A stretch of DNA of 62,551 nucleotides, counting the filler. It is 18 parts of 18 records of this genome, joined end to end, with 100 filler letters (N's around TTAATTAATTAA, not from the genome) between each part and the next. Parts side by side here need not be neighbours in the genome. Positions count along the whole stretch, not along the records: positions 1 to 2,249 come from SRR16133337_63974; positions 2,350 to 4,485 come from SRR16133337_64248; positions 4,586 to 8,187 come from SRR16133337_64266; positions 8,288 to 11,350 come from SRR16133337_64570; positions 11,451 to 14,173 come from SRR16133337_64719; 13 more parts are not named here. The stretch is one strand, 5' to 3'. The notes below the pieces were generated by a model. The model ran no database searches. It worked only from the letters and a program-made list of their open reading frames with translations, and was not told where the DNA came from. The translations under genes were made by a program, and so were the position numbers. Shown here piece after piece: positions 1-12,250 of this stretch (position 1 is its first letter; every line of letters begins with the position of its first letter).

Positions 1-1137
1 TTTTTCTGAAAAAACTGGAAATATAAAACATCATTTTTTCCAAATCAGTGTATTTGTCAAGGCGTTTTCGATTTCTCGCAAAAATTCTTGCATGACTGAC
101 CGCACAATTGATGATAATACTCGTCTCTCACTAACACCTGTCATGCACATCCTCCAGCCACCACTCGCACGGGACCCATGTATACCACCCACAAACAATA
201 TACCTACGTACACCTCGAAATTTGAAAATTGGAGTTTGTTTTCATTTTTTTAATATCATTTACTAACATATGAAAATTTGGATTGTGGATTCAGGTACAA
301 TGACTGTTCAGAAATGACATGCATTTCAATTATATTGCAGATTGCAATGCCTCAAAACAGAATTTCAAACTACGGAGCATATTTGTTGAAGAAAAAATGA
401 AGCAAATACACAGTTTTGTGTAAAAAATTGATTACAATATAGAGTTTGTTCGATTAAAATTCGATAAAGTAAACACACAAAACGTAATGTAGGGTAAAAC
501 ATTCCAAACAAAAAATTTCATATTCAGCATATGTTTCATTTTTTGGACAAAATTCGCGTTGATTCTCATTGTTGTTTTCAAATGAATACCAATGTTGTAT
601 TTTGGAATTTCATCGTATGTGCATTGTTTACGATACAATTGCGTGAAACTAATGAAATCCATTCACTTTTCATTTTTTGACAAAATTCGCAAACATGATT
701 TTTCGTGAAAGATAAAAGTTCAAACATTCGTCAAACAACAAAGAACACGTTTTATGACAACACCAAAGTGAAACTCACTTCAGCAATCCTGGAATTTCGT
801 AAGTGAAAATCTACCCTTACAAATTTAACAGCAGCTCCTTTGTGTCTAAGAAATTTTATAGCTTTTTGCATTGGGTGTTTTGTACACACCATCGTGCTGA
901 TATCATATATGTGAGTTACTTTTGATATTTTAAACTTGGTTGTTCAAAACTTGACCCGAAAGAGAAGAGTCTTTGGGCATTTCATGTGTAGTCTTCGACA
1001 TTTTAGGAGATTCAGAAATCACATGATTTAAAATAGAAAATGTGCATGAGAAAAACATGGCAGGATTACAAAACGTTATGTCACATGGCTGTAATTATAG
1101 ACCCCCCAGTGCCACAAACTGTAATAAAAACACATAC

Positions 1138-1460
1138 CACATATAATTGACTTTCTACAGAACTAATTAAACGTTTTAGTTCAGAAATCCACAAAGCGGA
1201 TTCAGTTCTGTCATGTAATTGCACTGCAAGTAATACAGGCTGTTTTCCATCACCAATTTGAAAACCTTTCGATGGATCTTTTAATACTTTCGGGTTGGAT
1301 GAAACTTTTGAGCTTTTCAGCATAAATGAACCTTGATGCACATTACTTGGATCACACCACATGAACATGTCATTGAAGAGAAACACTTTCATTGAATACT
1401 GATATTCTGGTGCACCAAAAGAATTTGTATGAATTCTTACGCAATCTGCATGCACTTCAC
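1138..1460 (-). CDS. Eukaryotic internal exon encoding a PH domain (type seen after DH domains in RhoGEFs)
   Basis: KVFLFNDMFMW strand and C-terminal helix ESALWISELKRLI. Bounded by ttgttAG and GTATGT splice sites. Confidence 0.65.
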
Positions 1461-2249
1461 CTAACAAGGTATATAACAACAAAACTTCATTATTTCTTTA
1501 AATATTGTGAAATCCAAAACATGGAATGTAAGTTTACCCATACAAGAAACCGAAAAAGAGAGTACTTCAATATGGCTTGCAACGCGACTTTGACTTGCAG
1601 CTCACTCAAGTCGCTAAACTTCTAACAAATCTTACAATTATAAACGAATAATGATCGAAACACGCTTACATTTTGTGTTAGATTCTTGACAAAAAGTTTT
1701 GTTCGATTGTTTCATAAAAGTTTTGAATTGAACCACTTATGGGTTGTTATTACGGTCGGAAGAATGCGAGGATTGTCCCTAAAAAAATCTGTTTTTGGTA
1801 CCAACGCTTGTGTCAGATATCTTTCCATCACGATGGATGAAAGTCCAGCTTGTACTTTCCTTAAGGTACTGCTGTATCATAGAAAGTTAATGGCTCAGTT
1901 GCAAAAATATACATTTTGTCCGAGTTGTGTTTTTGTGGGGCCCAACAAAATTTTAGAATGGGTTGGAAACAAGTATCTGGTACCAAAAATGAAACAAGCT
2001 TTCAAATATTTGTTTTTTCGCAATGAAAAAACGCACATAATGTGAGTTTTTCCCAACTTTTATTTTGAGTCACCGAAACAAATCACAAACAAACCAATCC
2101 CATTGAAATGTTCCTCATCAAAAAAATGTTTTATGTCAATTTATGAACCCACCCACATCCCGCCACCCCACCCCACACACACCCCCACTCTCTTCATTGC
2201 GGGAAAATATCAAATTTTGTGTTTTTTCATGAAAAACGCCTCATTTTTA

Positions 2250-2349
2250 NNNNNNNNNNNNNNNNNNNNNNNNNNNNNNNNNNNNNNNNNNNNTTAATTA
2301 ATTAANNNNNNNNNNNNNNNNNNNNNNNNNNNNNNNNNNNNNNNNNNNN
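2250..2349. other. Artificial contig linker (44N-TTAATTAATTAA-44N), first of 17
   Basis: Identical 100-nt linkers start at 2250, 4486, 8188, 11351, 14174, 16974, 19205, 21704, 28870, 34796, 37931, 43963, 48546, 52988, 55152, 57657 and 60280. The palindromic 12-mer gives stops in all six frames. Confidence 0.99.
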
Positions 2350-2401
2350 GTTATTCATTGATATACCCTGTAACATGTAATATGTCTGTCTTTGTTCTCA
2401 C

Positions 2402-3956
2402 CTGGTTCTTCAGTAACTGGTTCCTCGGTAACGGGTTCGTCAGTGACTGGCTCATCGGTCGCTGGTTCACTAGTTCCAGGTTCGCTCGTTTCTGGCTGAC
2501 TCGTCTCTGGCTCATCGGTCGCTGGTTCGTTTGTTTCTGTTTAAATATAATTATACTGTAGCAATACAAACCTTCGACAAGAAAACACACATGCCCTTTC
2601 GACACATTTCTGTACTAAGTTTTTCCAATACCAACGATTTTTTAAATGAAAATATTAAATAAAACTCACTTTGTTCTGATGACAAAAACCACAGGATTGG
2701 GACGACAAGTCGTGGGATAAGGGCAACGAACATTTTGAACAATCTGATCTAACGAATGTTGTAAAATATTTAAAAAAAAATCGCAAAGCTGACATGTACA
2801 ATTACAGAAAACATTCCCGGTCGCGGAAACACGCTAGATTGTTGCCTTTCAATCATGACAAGTTTCACACGGTCCGCCAATATTGTTGCACGAGGAACAA
2901 AAATAAAATACTTTTAAGGAAAATCCTAATTCATGAGGCTCGCATAACGGAAAGGTCATTGTTGAAACACAAAAGTTGAGTGTTGTAGATCATATTATAT
3001 CAAAAGATTCAAAAAATACTCAATGTAGCATATTTTTCATGCACACTAGTGTGGCAACTGTCTAAAGTGTTATGTATTGATGTTACCCACAAAGGCTCTT
3101 AAAACTTGACAAAATTTTTGATTGCTTTATTATCAGTGGTCACAAGTAAACAAACATTGGTGGGGGAATGTTAAACATCCTTTTTGCAACATCCTCTCGG
3201 CGAATGTATTGTACTAACCTTCACATGAGCGCGTGTATGCATAAGCGCCGATATCAAGATTTCCTTGGTCATCATTACATCTGATTTTTGACATGACGTG
3301 TTGGATATATTCCGTATCAATGTCATCATCTGGAAGGACGTCAGCGTGTAATGTTGTTCCTGCGTCCCGACAAACTGAAGTTGAAGCCAAGAAGAAGTTC
3401 TAGACAAAAAAATGAAACATTGTGTGTCAATTGAAACAATGAAGTTCAAAATCTTACAAGAAATGTCGTATTTGCAGGAGAGTTTACCGAAGGAGATGAA
3501 TTCATGGATTTTATCCTGCAAATTGTAGAAATCCATAAATTTAAATATGAGAGTGATTTACCAAACACTGGGGTCGAACCCTCCAAAAACAATTTCCACA
3601 GAATTTTAAAATCTCTCTCTGAATAATTTTAAAAATGAAAACCCAAATTATCATAAAATAAGCACAAAAAAGTGCCTTTTTTCCCGCTATTCTGCGGTTT
3701 TACGCTCGAGCTTTACGCCCAAATTATGTCGGGGTTTGGTTTCCAAAGAAATGAAAGCTCGACTTCTTCAAACAATTGTTGATGTTGTAGAAGTAGTTAC
3801 CTCTTGATCAAAACCTTCAAACCCTGGATCTCCATGAATATTTCCAGATTCAGTTACTGAACCACCGCCATTTGGCTCAATTGCATTTATCCACCCTTCA
3901 TTTATCCAATTGTTTGTGAGTGACAGTGTCCCTACGAGCCCGGCTGAAACTTCCAT
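2402..3956 (-). CDS. Partial spliced gene (exons 3956-3801, 3399-3219, 2536-2402): C-terminus of a bacterial-type right-handed beta-helix protein plus xTxEP mucin-like repeats
   Basis: GT-AG introns with matching phases (0, 1). Spliced peptide reads ...NNWINEGW...DPGF...NFFLASTSVCRDAG...EYIQH...LDIGAY, then ETNEP-ATDEP-ETSQP-ETSEP-GTSEP-ATDEP-VTDEP-VTEEP-VTEEP. Confidence 0.7.
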
Positions 3957-4688
3957 CTAAAAAACAGTTAGTTTAACAACTCGATTCATGGTAAACAAAG
4001 GTTCTGAATTCCCAAGCTGAAGTGAGTGAGACAACAAAAACTTTAGGTCTAACTTTTTTGTCTCGAAACTTTCCCCAAACATAAGAAAGAAAAACACCAA
4101 AATATATTGTATTTTCCCATTTTGTTTTCTTTTTCGTAACTTCGCACTGAATTTCATTCCACAATCAATGACAATAAAAACGGATGAAAACCAAAAATTG
4201 ATTATTATATATATTGACGTATTATTCTTTTCAGAATGCAGGATAGAGCTAGAATTTAGCTCATTTTGCTAAATGATTTTTGGATATTTTTGTAGATGTA
4301 AAAAAATTGTCTGTTTGAAGCTTGTTAGAATTCTACATTGTTTTAGCGTTTTCAGACTTAAAAAATTAAATATTTGACCAAAGAATATTTTTTGCGAAGT
4401 TGAAAAATAATAATACGATATCTCCTCCAAATGTTAATATTTACCTACAATTTTGACTCATAAATTTACTATTGACCACTTCAAANNNNNNNNNNNNNNN
4501 NNNNNNNNNNNNNNNNNNNNNNNNNNNNNTTAATTAATTAANNNNNNNNNNNNNNNNNNNNNNNNNNNNNNNNNNNNNNNNNNNNTAAACAGAGAAAACT
4601 GAGCCATGTGTTTGTTGAAATTAAAAATGATATGGAGATTTATACTGAGCCATGGGATTCGTAAACTGATCGTGGGTTTTCATCATGC

Positions 4689-7600
4689 TTACAATTGTGC
4701 CAAAGTTCGACTAACTCCATCATCTCCAGGATCCACTTTTGAGAGTAATTCGAGTGCTTGTTTCCTATCGAAATTGTCGAATTTTTTCAATTCATATTTG
4801 TAAAAAGGGTCCGGTAATACACCATTCTAACATACAAATATGGAACATTATAGTATTTAAATAATATGTACATAGTTAACCATAAACGACGATTTGCGAT
4901 TGGAAAGAGATGATAACTTTACAACGAGAAATTAACACCATTGAGCCAGTACATGTACTTACGGATTTCATTGCAACACATATACCAATTGAGCTATGAA
5001 AAGTTTGCACAATCTCCAACCATTCCAATGTTCCGTTTATTATAACCATGGAACCATTACACAGAGGGTGTGTGCATAACGTTGTTGAGGCAAAAGTGTC
5101 ACCGGATTTCAATATCGTTGCTTCCAAACTCCAGGAGTGATCGAGTTGTTGTGGGATCCATCCGTTTTGTATTACTAATTACAAAATAAAAAACAGAAAA
5201 ACCAAAATACATATAGAGCTGGCTGGTACGACAAATTCGTATACAACGGCTCCGCACCAGCCAGCTACTTTATCATTATTTCGAAATTGTGAAGAGAAAA
5301 AAAACACGCGTGAAAAAATTGAAAACACCTTCGGCTAAAGAATACGCCATACCGAGAGAATTTGAGGTGAAGTGATCGTACACTAATCGAACCGAAGTTA
5401 TCAAACCGTCGACATCCAAAAATTCGTCTCTGTGACTGTAAACATAGTCATTTAAATTTGCAAGGTTACTTATGACTTCTTCATAATGCAGACATTCCCT
5501 GAACAAGAAATGATCCATTTGCTTCTGTTTGTTGTAAAAATCCTGGACATATGTATTGTTAAAATCTCCGTGGAAAGAACCATTCGCCTGAAAAAACACA
5601 AAAAAACACCATTAATTTTCCAAAACAAAATTTCTTTTTCGACACAAAAATATGTTGATATTTTAGGATCTACACTAGAACCAAATACTACATTTATAAG
5701 CAGTATTATTAATTTACTATCAAAACGAAACGAAAATACACAAACACGTTTACTGACAGTGAACTAACCTTCAGACATCCGTTTTTATACCATCTGTTGA
5801 ACTTTCCAACCCGAGTTTTGAAATCAGTAACACATGCGTCACAAACCAAAAATAAGCCAGACATGATCTCCGATTTGTGTTCCCACCGAAAAGGAAGACT
5901 TCCAAATATTGCATTCATGTCATCACTTGCTGCAAAAAACCGTTGACATTTTCCTGCCTAAAACAATGCACAAAAACATCGACATAAACAAAAACAATTG
6001 ATGTACGCTGAAAAGAAAAACCAAAAGGGTTTATTATAAGTTGATGGAGGGGAGGTTCGTTTCTTTTTTGATGTGTTGCGACAAAATACAAAAAACAAAT
6101 AAAAAATAAAAGTAACAGGGTTCGCAACACATCACTATAGATTGGGAAACGAAAGAACACAACACAACACAAAAGAAAAGAAAACAAATTAATCGTCACA
6201 TACGTTTGCATATGGAAAATTGCAACATCTTCCTTCCTCCTGGTAGAGTCCAATGCACTTTCCACACATATATACGGCTTTTGCATCGCCTTTATCACCG
6301 CGGTGAGGAATTGCAAGTGAAGTTTTCAGTGAACCTGCCTCATTACATGATATTCTGCCGAATCGCTTTGGTTCCCCGCGAGACAAAATACACGTAGGGA
6401 GTTTAAACAAATCCGGATCGATTAGACGTGGTGATTTAGGGTATGGGAGTCGATAATATTTCTGAGCTTGTCTGTACATGACCGGTCCTTCATACAGCTC
6501 TCTATAATCAATCGGGTGAACGTAAAAAGATCTTTCTGTACCGAAATTTGATGGTGATGGCGCGAAATCGGAAGCACATCCAAAGCATGAAACACTGTTC
6601 TGAGTTCTAAAATAAAAATAAAAACATGAAACGTTAGGATTATTAAATTTTAGATAATACTAAAACAAGGGGTGTATGGGGCAGAGGTTATGGGGTTGAG
6701 TACATTCATGCTTACCCTTTTGTCACTTGTGCAAAACTAATTGGAAGTCTCTTTGTAGGTCGAAGATAATAATTACATTTCTCGAAATCATCCAAATCGG
6801 TGAAATGAGCGAATACGAAACAATCCCCGAACACATTCATTGCATCTTGCTTGGATCTAAATAAGGACACAGGATATTTCATAAGAAGTATTGCATATAT
6901 AAACCAACCATATCCAAAAAACATAGCTTCTCGAAAACATATTCATTACAAGCCCAAGAACTTACTCAATAATCTCCTTCAGTGCAATTGGAACATCACC
7001 ACTTCTTGAGTTTGTCATGAGGATGTACTTCTCCAAATTTATTCTTCCTTTGGCGTCGCAAAGTCGATCAAAATCGAATCTAATTGATGGATGGAGTTTC
7101 GCAGATTTAAATTCTTTTCCGCCAATTTTGAATTTGTCATTTGGTTCCTCAAATGCAAACGAATAGCCAACATCACTGTCATCACGAAGATCCGAACCTA
7201 AATCCATACAGTTGGGGACGCCAAAACTTACGACAACATCAGATTTGTCATCATCTAAACAAAAAGATTGACACCTCAATTGTCTTCACTCACATGGATT
7301 TTTTTTGCTTCGTTTTTTTAACTTTACATCTTCACATTAGAAAATTCAGAAAAATTACAAAATATATTTGTAAGGAACTTGGGCTGACAAACAGTGACAT
7401 TTCCAGAAGATTGCGAAAATTTCCAAACTAAAAACGATTTTAGAGCGACAACGACGTTAAAAAACAAATGGTGTTTTTGCGTATCAGACCTGCAAACTAT
7501 AATTAATAAAACACACCAATACAGCCTTTCTTTTCTTTTTGGTTCTTAAAAAATAAAAAATCTTTTACGATTACAACTTTATTGGTTAAAAAAAACGTTA

Positions 7601-7976
7601 CAACATACCATAATGCTTGATATGACCGATATTCGCTGACAAGATGTACTTCACAGTTTTGTTATCGAAGGTATCCCCTTTTTCCACAGATTCAACTTCT
7701 ATTTGCAACGATCGCTGTTGACGTTCGATTAAAACAACCACGTCACCACAAATATATTCGGTCTACACAATAAAGCAAACAAAGACAACAATTGAAGGTA
7801 ATTCCTGTCCTACACTTCACAATTTCACTTCACAATTGCAACAGGGATCTGAAAGAATTCACAAAATTTTTTTTTGCTGCATCTCAAATGAGAATTGAAG
7901 TGAAAGAATAAAATATTGACGAACTCTTCGGATGACTTACAGGGAGTGACCAGGAATCGCCTTTTGCTTCTTCCAT
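4689..7976 (-). CDS. Probably complete 10-exon eukaryotic gene (about 620 aa) with a Cys-rich PHD-like segment and a degenerate JmjC-like domain
   Basis: Exons 7976-7941, 7762-7609, 7254-6966, 6856-6716, 6606-6204, 5957-5769, 5587-5329 (or 5353), 5264-5211, 5174-4963, 4826-4689. All introns are GT-AG and phase-compatible from ATG to TAA. The domain call is a by-eye alignment and less certain than the gene model. Confidence 0.65.
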
Positions 7977-8369
7977 CAAACTCCCCAACACTGATGTTCG
8001 TGTTGTCCGTCTCACACTACTTATTTAATGAAGGGTCTTCTAAATATTACAGTAGCACGACAAATAAATGAATCTGAAAGAATGGTCGGCAATTTTTTTG
8101 ATTTTACTATTCTTAGATTTTTCATTGTTTTGAGATCTGAGAACCCCTCAAGCTAATCTATATTTTTTTGATTTTCGATTTTCAGATNNNNNNNNNNNNN
8201 NNNNNNNNNNNNNNNNNNNNNNNNNNNNNNNTTAATTAATTAANNNNNNNNNNNNNNNNNNNNNNNNNNNNNNNNNNNNNNNNNNNNCAGGCAAACAGAG
8301 AATAGACAACCGAAAGCAGCACCTCAAAAAAAAGAAATTTCAATCTAAAGAATAAACGATTTTTAGAAA

Positions 8370-9938
8370 ATGGGAAAAAAAATATTTGTACTCATCATCT
8401 TACTAATGAGTATTTCTCTTATTGGAATAATTACAGTTCAGATTTTATGGATTGAAAATGCAATTGATATTCGCGAAAAACAATTTTCAAATGATGTAAA
8501 CTTTGCATTGACAAAAACCAACGAAAAGATTTACAAAAAAGATTTTGTTGATTTTACAGTACAATTCATGGATTTTTTCCAAACAAAAAAATTCGCAAAA
8601 CAAGCAGATTTTACAAAATTCGTCTACGAACAAATAAATACCAGTACCCATGAAACCTTTCGTTTTTCGTCTAGTGGTATTTATGAAAACAACTATTACA
8701 AAGGCTTAAATGATTTCTATAAAAATGACTCTATATTAATAGCCTCTGTAAGCAGTAAAAACGATGTGTATAAAGTAAAGAATTCAACCAATAATACGGA
8801 ATTGTCAAAAGTGAATCCTGTAGAGAAATTCACTTTCTTTAATAATTTAACAGAAATTGAGAAAATATCCTTAGAAGATGCCTATCAAAACAAAGAAGAA
8901 CCTATTTATAAACGATTGTCAAAAGAAACAGTGGAAGAGGTTTTAAGTAGAGAATTACTTCATTTAGGAATTGATCTCAGCTTTAAGTACGGTGTGTTTA
9001 GTGAAGGGAGCCCCACGAAAATAAAATCAGATGGTTTTAAAATACAAACAGGAAATCATTACAAGACACTTTTGTTTACAAAAGACCGACATACTAAAAA
9101 CTATGAGTTATACGTAACCTTTCCAGAGAAAGAACATTATATATTATCGGATATTGGAATGATGTTGCTATTATCGATACTTTTTACAGTTATTATTATG
9201 TTAGCATTTGCAAGTTCTTTACATCAATTGATAAAACAAAAGAAAATTTCTGCCATCAAAACAGACTTTATCAATAACATGACACACGAATTTAAAACAC
9301 CTATTGCAACGATAAACTTGGCTTTAGACACCATCAAAAACCCACAAGTTATAGAGGACCATTCAAAAGTGTTAAAATATGTCTCTATGATAAAGGAGGA
9401 AAACAAACGGATGCATGCACAAGTAGAAAATGTATTGCGAATTTCTAAATTAGAAAAAAACCAATTAGATATTCATAAAACGGTATTGGATTTTTTTGAA
9501 ATACTAGAAGATGCCATATCACACGTAGATCTATTATTGAAAGCTAAAAATGGACAAATTGAATTGTATAGCAAACAAATAACTTCTGAAGGATTGGGAA
9601 ATAAATTCCATTTGACAAATGTATTTGTGAATATTTTAGAAAATGCAATCAAATATTCTAAAGACCCTCCAAAAATTGATATTTTTATAGAAAATTCTGT
9701 AAAGTATCTAACGATTCAAATAAAAGATACAGGAATTGGGATGAGTAAAACAGTACAAAAACATATTTTTGATAAATTTTATAGAGAACAAAAAGGAAAT
9801 GTACATAACATAAAAGGTCATGGTTTAGGCTTGTCCTATGTAAAAGAAATTATAGAATACCATCAAGGAACGATTTTTGTTGAAAGTGAAAAAGGAAAAG
9901 GAAGTACCTTTACAGTGAAACTACCTTTAGTATCTTAA
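8370..9938 (+). CDS. Membrane sensor histidine kinase (RprX-like)
   Basis: Two TM segments, H-box FINNMTHEFKTP, N-box NILENAIKYS, G-boxes DTGIG and GHGLGLS. Directly upstream of an OmpR-family regulator. Confidence 0.95.
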   Translation: MGKKIFVLIILLMSISLIGIITVQILWIENAIDIREKQFSNDVNFALTKTNEKIYKKDFVDFTVQFMDFFQTKKFAKQADFTKFVYEQINTSTHETFRFSSSGIYENNYYKGLNDFYKNDSILIASVSSKNDVYKVKNSTNNTELSKVNPVEKFTFFNNLTEIEKISLEDAYQNKEEPIYKRLSKETVEEVLSRELLHLGIDLSFKYGVFSEGSPTKIKSDGFKIQTGNHYKTLLFTKDRHTKNYELYVTFPEKEHYILSDIGMMLLLSILFTVIIMLAFASSLHQLIKQKKISAIKTDFINNMTHEFKTPIATINLALDTIKNPQVIEDHSKVLKYVSMIKEENKRMHAQVENVLRISKLEKNQLDIHKTVLDFFEILEDAISHVDLLLKAKNGQIELYSKQITSEGLGNKFHLTNVFVNILENAIKYSKDPPKIDIFIENSVKYLTIQIKDTGIGMSKTVQKHIFDKFYREQKGNVHNIKGHGLGLSYVKEIIEYHQGTIFVESEKGKGSTFTVKLPLVS

Positions 9939-9959
9939 AGTCATATGAAAAAATAAAGC

Positions 9960-10655
9960 ATGAGCAATAAGAGAATATTACTAGTAGAAGACGATCCAAA
10001 TTTTGGAATTGTTTTAAAAGATTATTTATCATTAAGTAATTTTGAGGTTACACATGCAAAAGACGGAGTGGAAGGTTTGATCCTATTTAAAAACGAAGAC
10101 TATGATTTGTGTATTTTAGACGTAATGATCCCAAGAAAAGATGGATTTTCTTTAGCGGAAGACATTCGAAAAACGAATAAAGAAATTCCCATTATCTTTT
10201 TGACAGCAAAAACAATGAAAGAAGATATATTACGGGGTTATCAAGTCGGAGCAGATGATTATCTAAACAAACCTTTTGACTCTGAAGTTCTTTTGTATAA
10301 AATAAATGCAATTCTACAACGCAAAGAAAATGATAAAGAAGTAGAAGATGTTTTATTTGAATTTTCGATTGGAGGTTTTCATTTGAATTCTAAACTAAGA
10401 CAACTTTCCTTTAATGGAGCAGAGCCGATAAAGTTATCTCCTAAAGAAAACAAGCTTTTAAAAATGTTGGCAGTTCATAAAAATGATTTAATGCCACGAG
10501 AATTAGCATTGACAAAAATTTGGAGAGATGATAATTATTTTACTTCCAGAAGTATGGACGTGTATATTGCGAAATTAAGAAAATATCTGAAAAAAGATCC
10601 AAGTGTAAAGATTATCAATATTCATGGAGAAGGATTCCGATTGGTTGCCAATTAA
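9960..10655 (+). CDS. rprY: OmpR-family response regulator (Bacteroidota RprY type)
   Basis: LLVEDD receiver, LDVMIP, FLTAK, and winged helix SRSMDVYIAKLRK...NIHGEGF. Confidence 0.9.
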   Translation: MSNKRILLVEDDPNFGIVLKDYLSLSNFEVTHAKDGVEGLILFKNEDYDLCILDVMIPRKDGFSLAEDIRKTNKEIPIIFLTAKTMKEDILRGYQVGADDYLNKPFDSEVLLYKINAILQRKENDKEVEDVLFEFSIGGFHLNSKLRQLSFNGAEPIKLSPKENKLLKMLAVHKNDLMPRELALTKIWRDDNYFTSRSMDVYIAKLRKYLKKDPSVKIINIHGEGFRLVAN

Positions 10656-10687
10656 AAATTTAAGTTGAGAGACACTTAGTTTATTAA

Positions 10688-10822
10688 GATACTCCGCAGT
10701 CAAAAGTCAAAAGTGAGAAGTCAAAAACCTTTCGGTTTACAACCAACAACAGACAACGGGACTGCAAGACAAAAGAAAAAATCACTGTTTCACGGCATCA
10801 CTGTATCACCGTTTAAGAGTAT
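10688..10822. repeat. Intergenic mosaic of degenerate 7-8-mer tandem repeats
   Basis: AGTCAAA-like x4, CAACAAC/AGACAAC, GACTGCAAGAC and ATCACTGT-like x4. Related units recur at about 38600-38705 and 48500-48545. Confidence 0.7.
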
Positions 10823-10836
10823 TTAAAAAAAATTCA

Positions 10837-11332
10837 ATGATAGAAGAACAGGTAATATTAGTCAATAAACAAGACCAAAAAATAGGGTTAATGCCAAAAA
10901 GAGAAGCCCATGAAAAAGCACTATTGCATAGAGCGTTTTCTGTTTTTGTAAGGAATAATAAAGGAGAATTAATGCTTCAACAACGCACCTCAGATAAATA
11001 CCATTCCCCTTTGTTGTGGGCAAATACATGTTGTAGCCATCAACGAGATGGCGAATCGAATGTAGAAGCAGGAAAAAGACGTTTACAAGAAGAAATGGGA
11101 TTTGTAACAGAATTAAAAGAAGTTTTTTCTTTTATTTACAAAGCTTCTCTTGATAATGGACTGACAGAACATGAACTAGATTACGTGCTGTTAGGAAACT
11201 ATAATAAAAAACCACTCATTAATAAAGAAGAAGTAGAAAATTATAAGTGGATGACTCCTAATGCTATAAAAGAAGATCTATTGGTACAACCAGAAATATA
11301 TACCGTTTGGTTTAAAATTATTTTTGAAAAAT
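10837..11332 (+). CDS. idi: Type 1 isopentenyl-diphosphate delta-isomerase, 3'-truncated by adapter
   Basis: LLHRAFS, NTCCSH, RRLQEEMG and EHELDY motifs. The apparent TAG stop overlaps adapter sequence. Confidence 0.95.
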
Positions 11333-11350
11333 AGATCGGAAGAGCGTCGT
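11333..11350 (+). other. Illumina TruSeq adapter contamination
   Basis: Exact AGATCGGAAGAGCGTCGT at the contig end. Confidence 0.97.
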
Positions 11351-11450
11351 NNNNNNNNNNNNNNNNNNNNNNNNNNNNNNNNNNNNNNNNNNNNTTAATT
11401 AATTAANNNNNNNNNNNNNNNNNNNNNNNNNNNNNNNNNNNNNNNNNNNN

Positions 11451-12249
11451 GGATTTTTTAAAAAATCAATATCAAAACAGTGGCGTTCAGTCCCCTATTG
11501 GTACGGATGATTATTTTCAAAAAATTCCAAAATCTTTTTTACCCTCTGGTATAAAAGTTTCTGAGAATGTGGTCGCCTTTGTAGAAGGATCAAAAAAGCC
11601 AGAAGAAATTATTGTACTCTCTGCCCATTACGACCACCTTGGAATTCAAGGAAATCTTATTTTTAACGGTGCCGATGACAATGGTTCTGGAACGGTGGCA
11701 ATCCTTGAAATTGCAGAAGCTTTTCAATTGGCTGCCAATACAGGTCACCGTCCAAAACGTTCTATTTTATTCCTGAATCTGACTGCTGAAGAAAAAGGTT
11801 TGTACGGTTCTAAATGGTATGTTGAAAATCCATTATTTCCCTTAGAAAATCATGTTGTCAATTTGAATATAGATATGATTGGTCGTACAGACGATATCCA
11901 TAAAGAAAATCCGAACTTTATTTATTTAATAGGTGCTGACAAATTAAGTACCGAATTACATGTTTTATCAGAAAGGACTAATAAAGAGTTTGTAAATTTA
12001 GACCTAGACTATACTTACAATGATGAAAAGGATCCCAACCTTTTTTATTATCGTTCTGACCATTATAATTTTGCTAAAAATAACATTCCTATCATCTTTT
12101 ATTTTAATGGGGTTCATGAAGATTACCACAAAGTAACGGATACTGCAGAAAAAATAAATTATGAACTGCTTACCAAAAGAACAAAATTAATTTTTTATAC
12201 CGCTTGGGAAATTGCCAACAGAGAAAACAGATTGATTATAGATAAATAA
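11451..12249 (+). CDS. M28-family metallopeptidase (5'-truncated)
   Basis: SAHYDH, GADDNGSG, AEEKGL, NIDMIG, RSDH and DYH zinc-binding motifs. Frame is open back to the contig edge. Confidence 0.93.
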
Positions 12250-12250
12250 T

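Noticed and set aside
2294..2305. Recurrent TTAATTAATTAA palindrome as a biological repeat
   Set aside because: Always embedded in exactly 44+44 N, so it is an assembly spacer.
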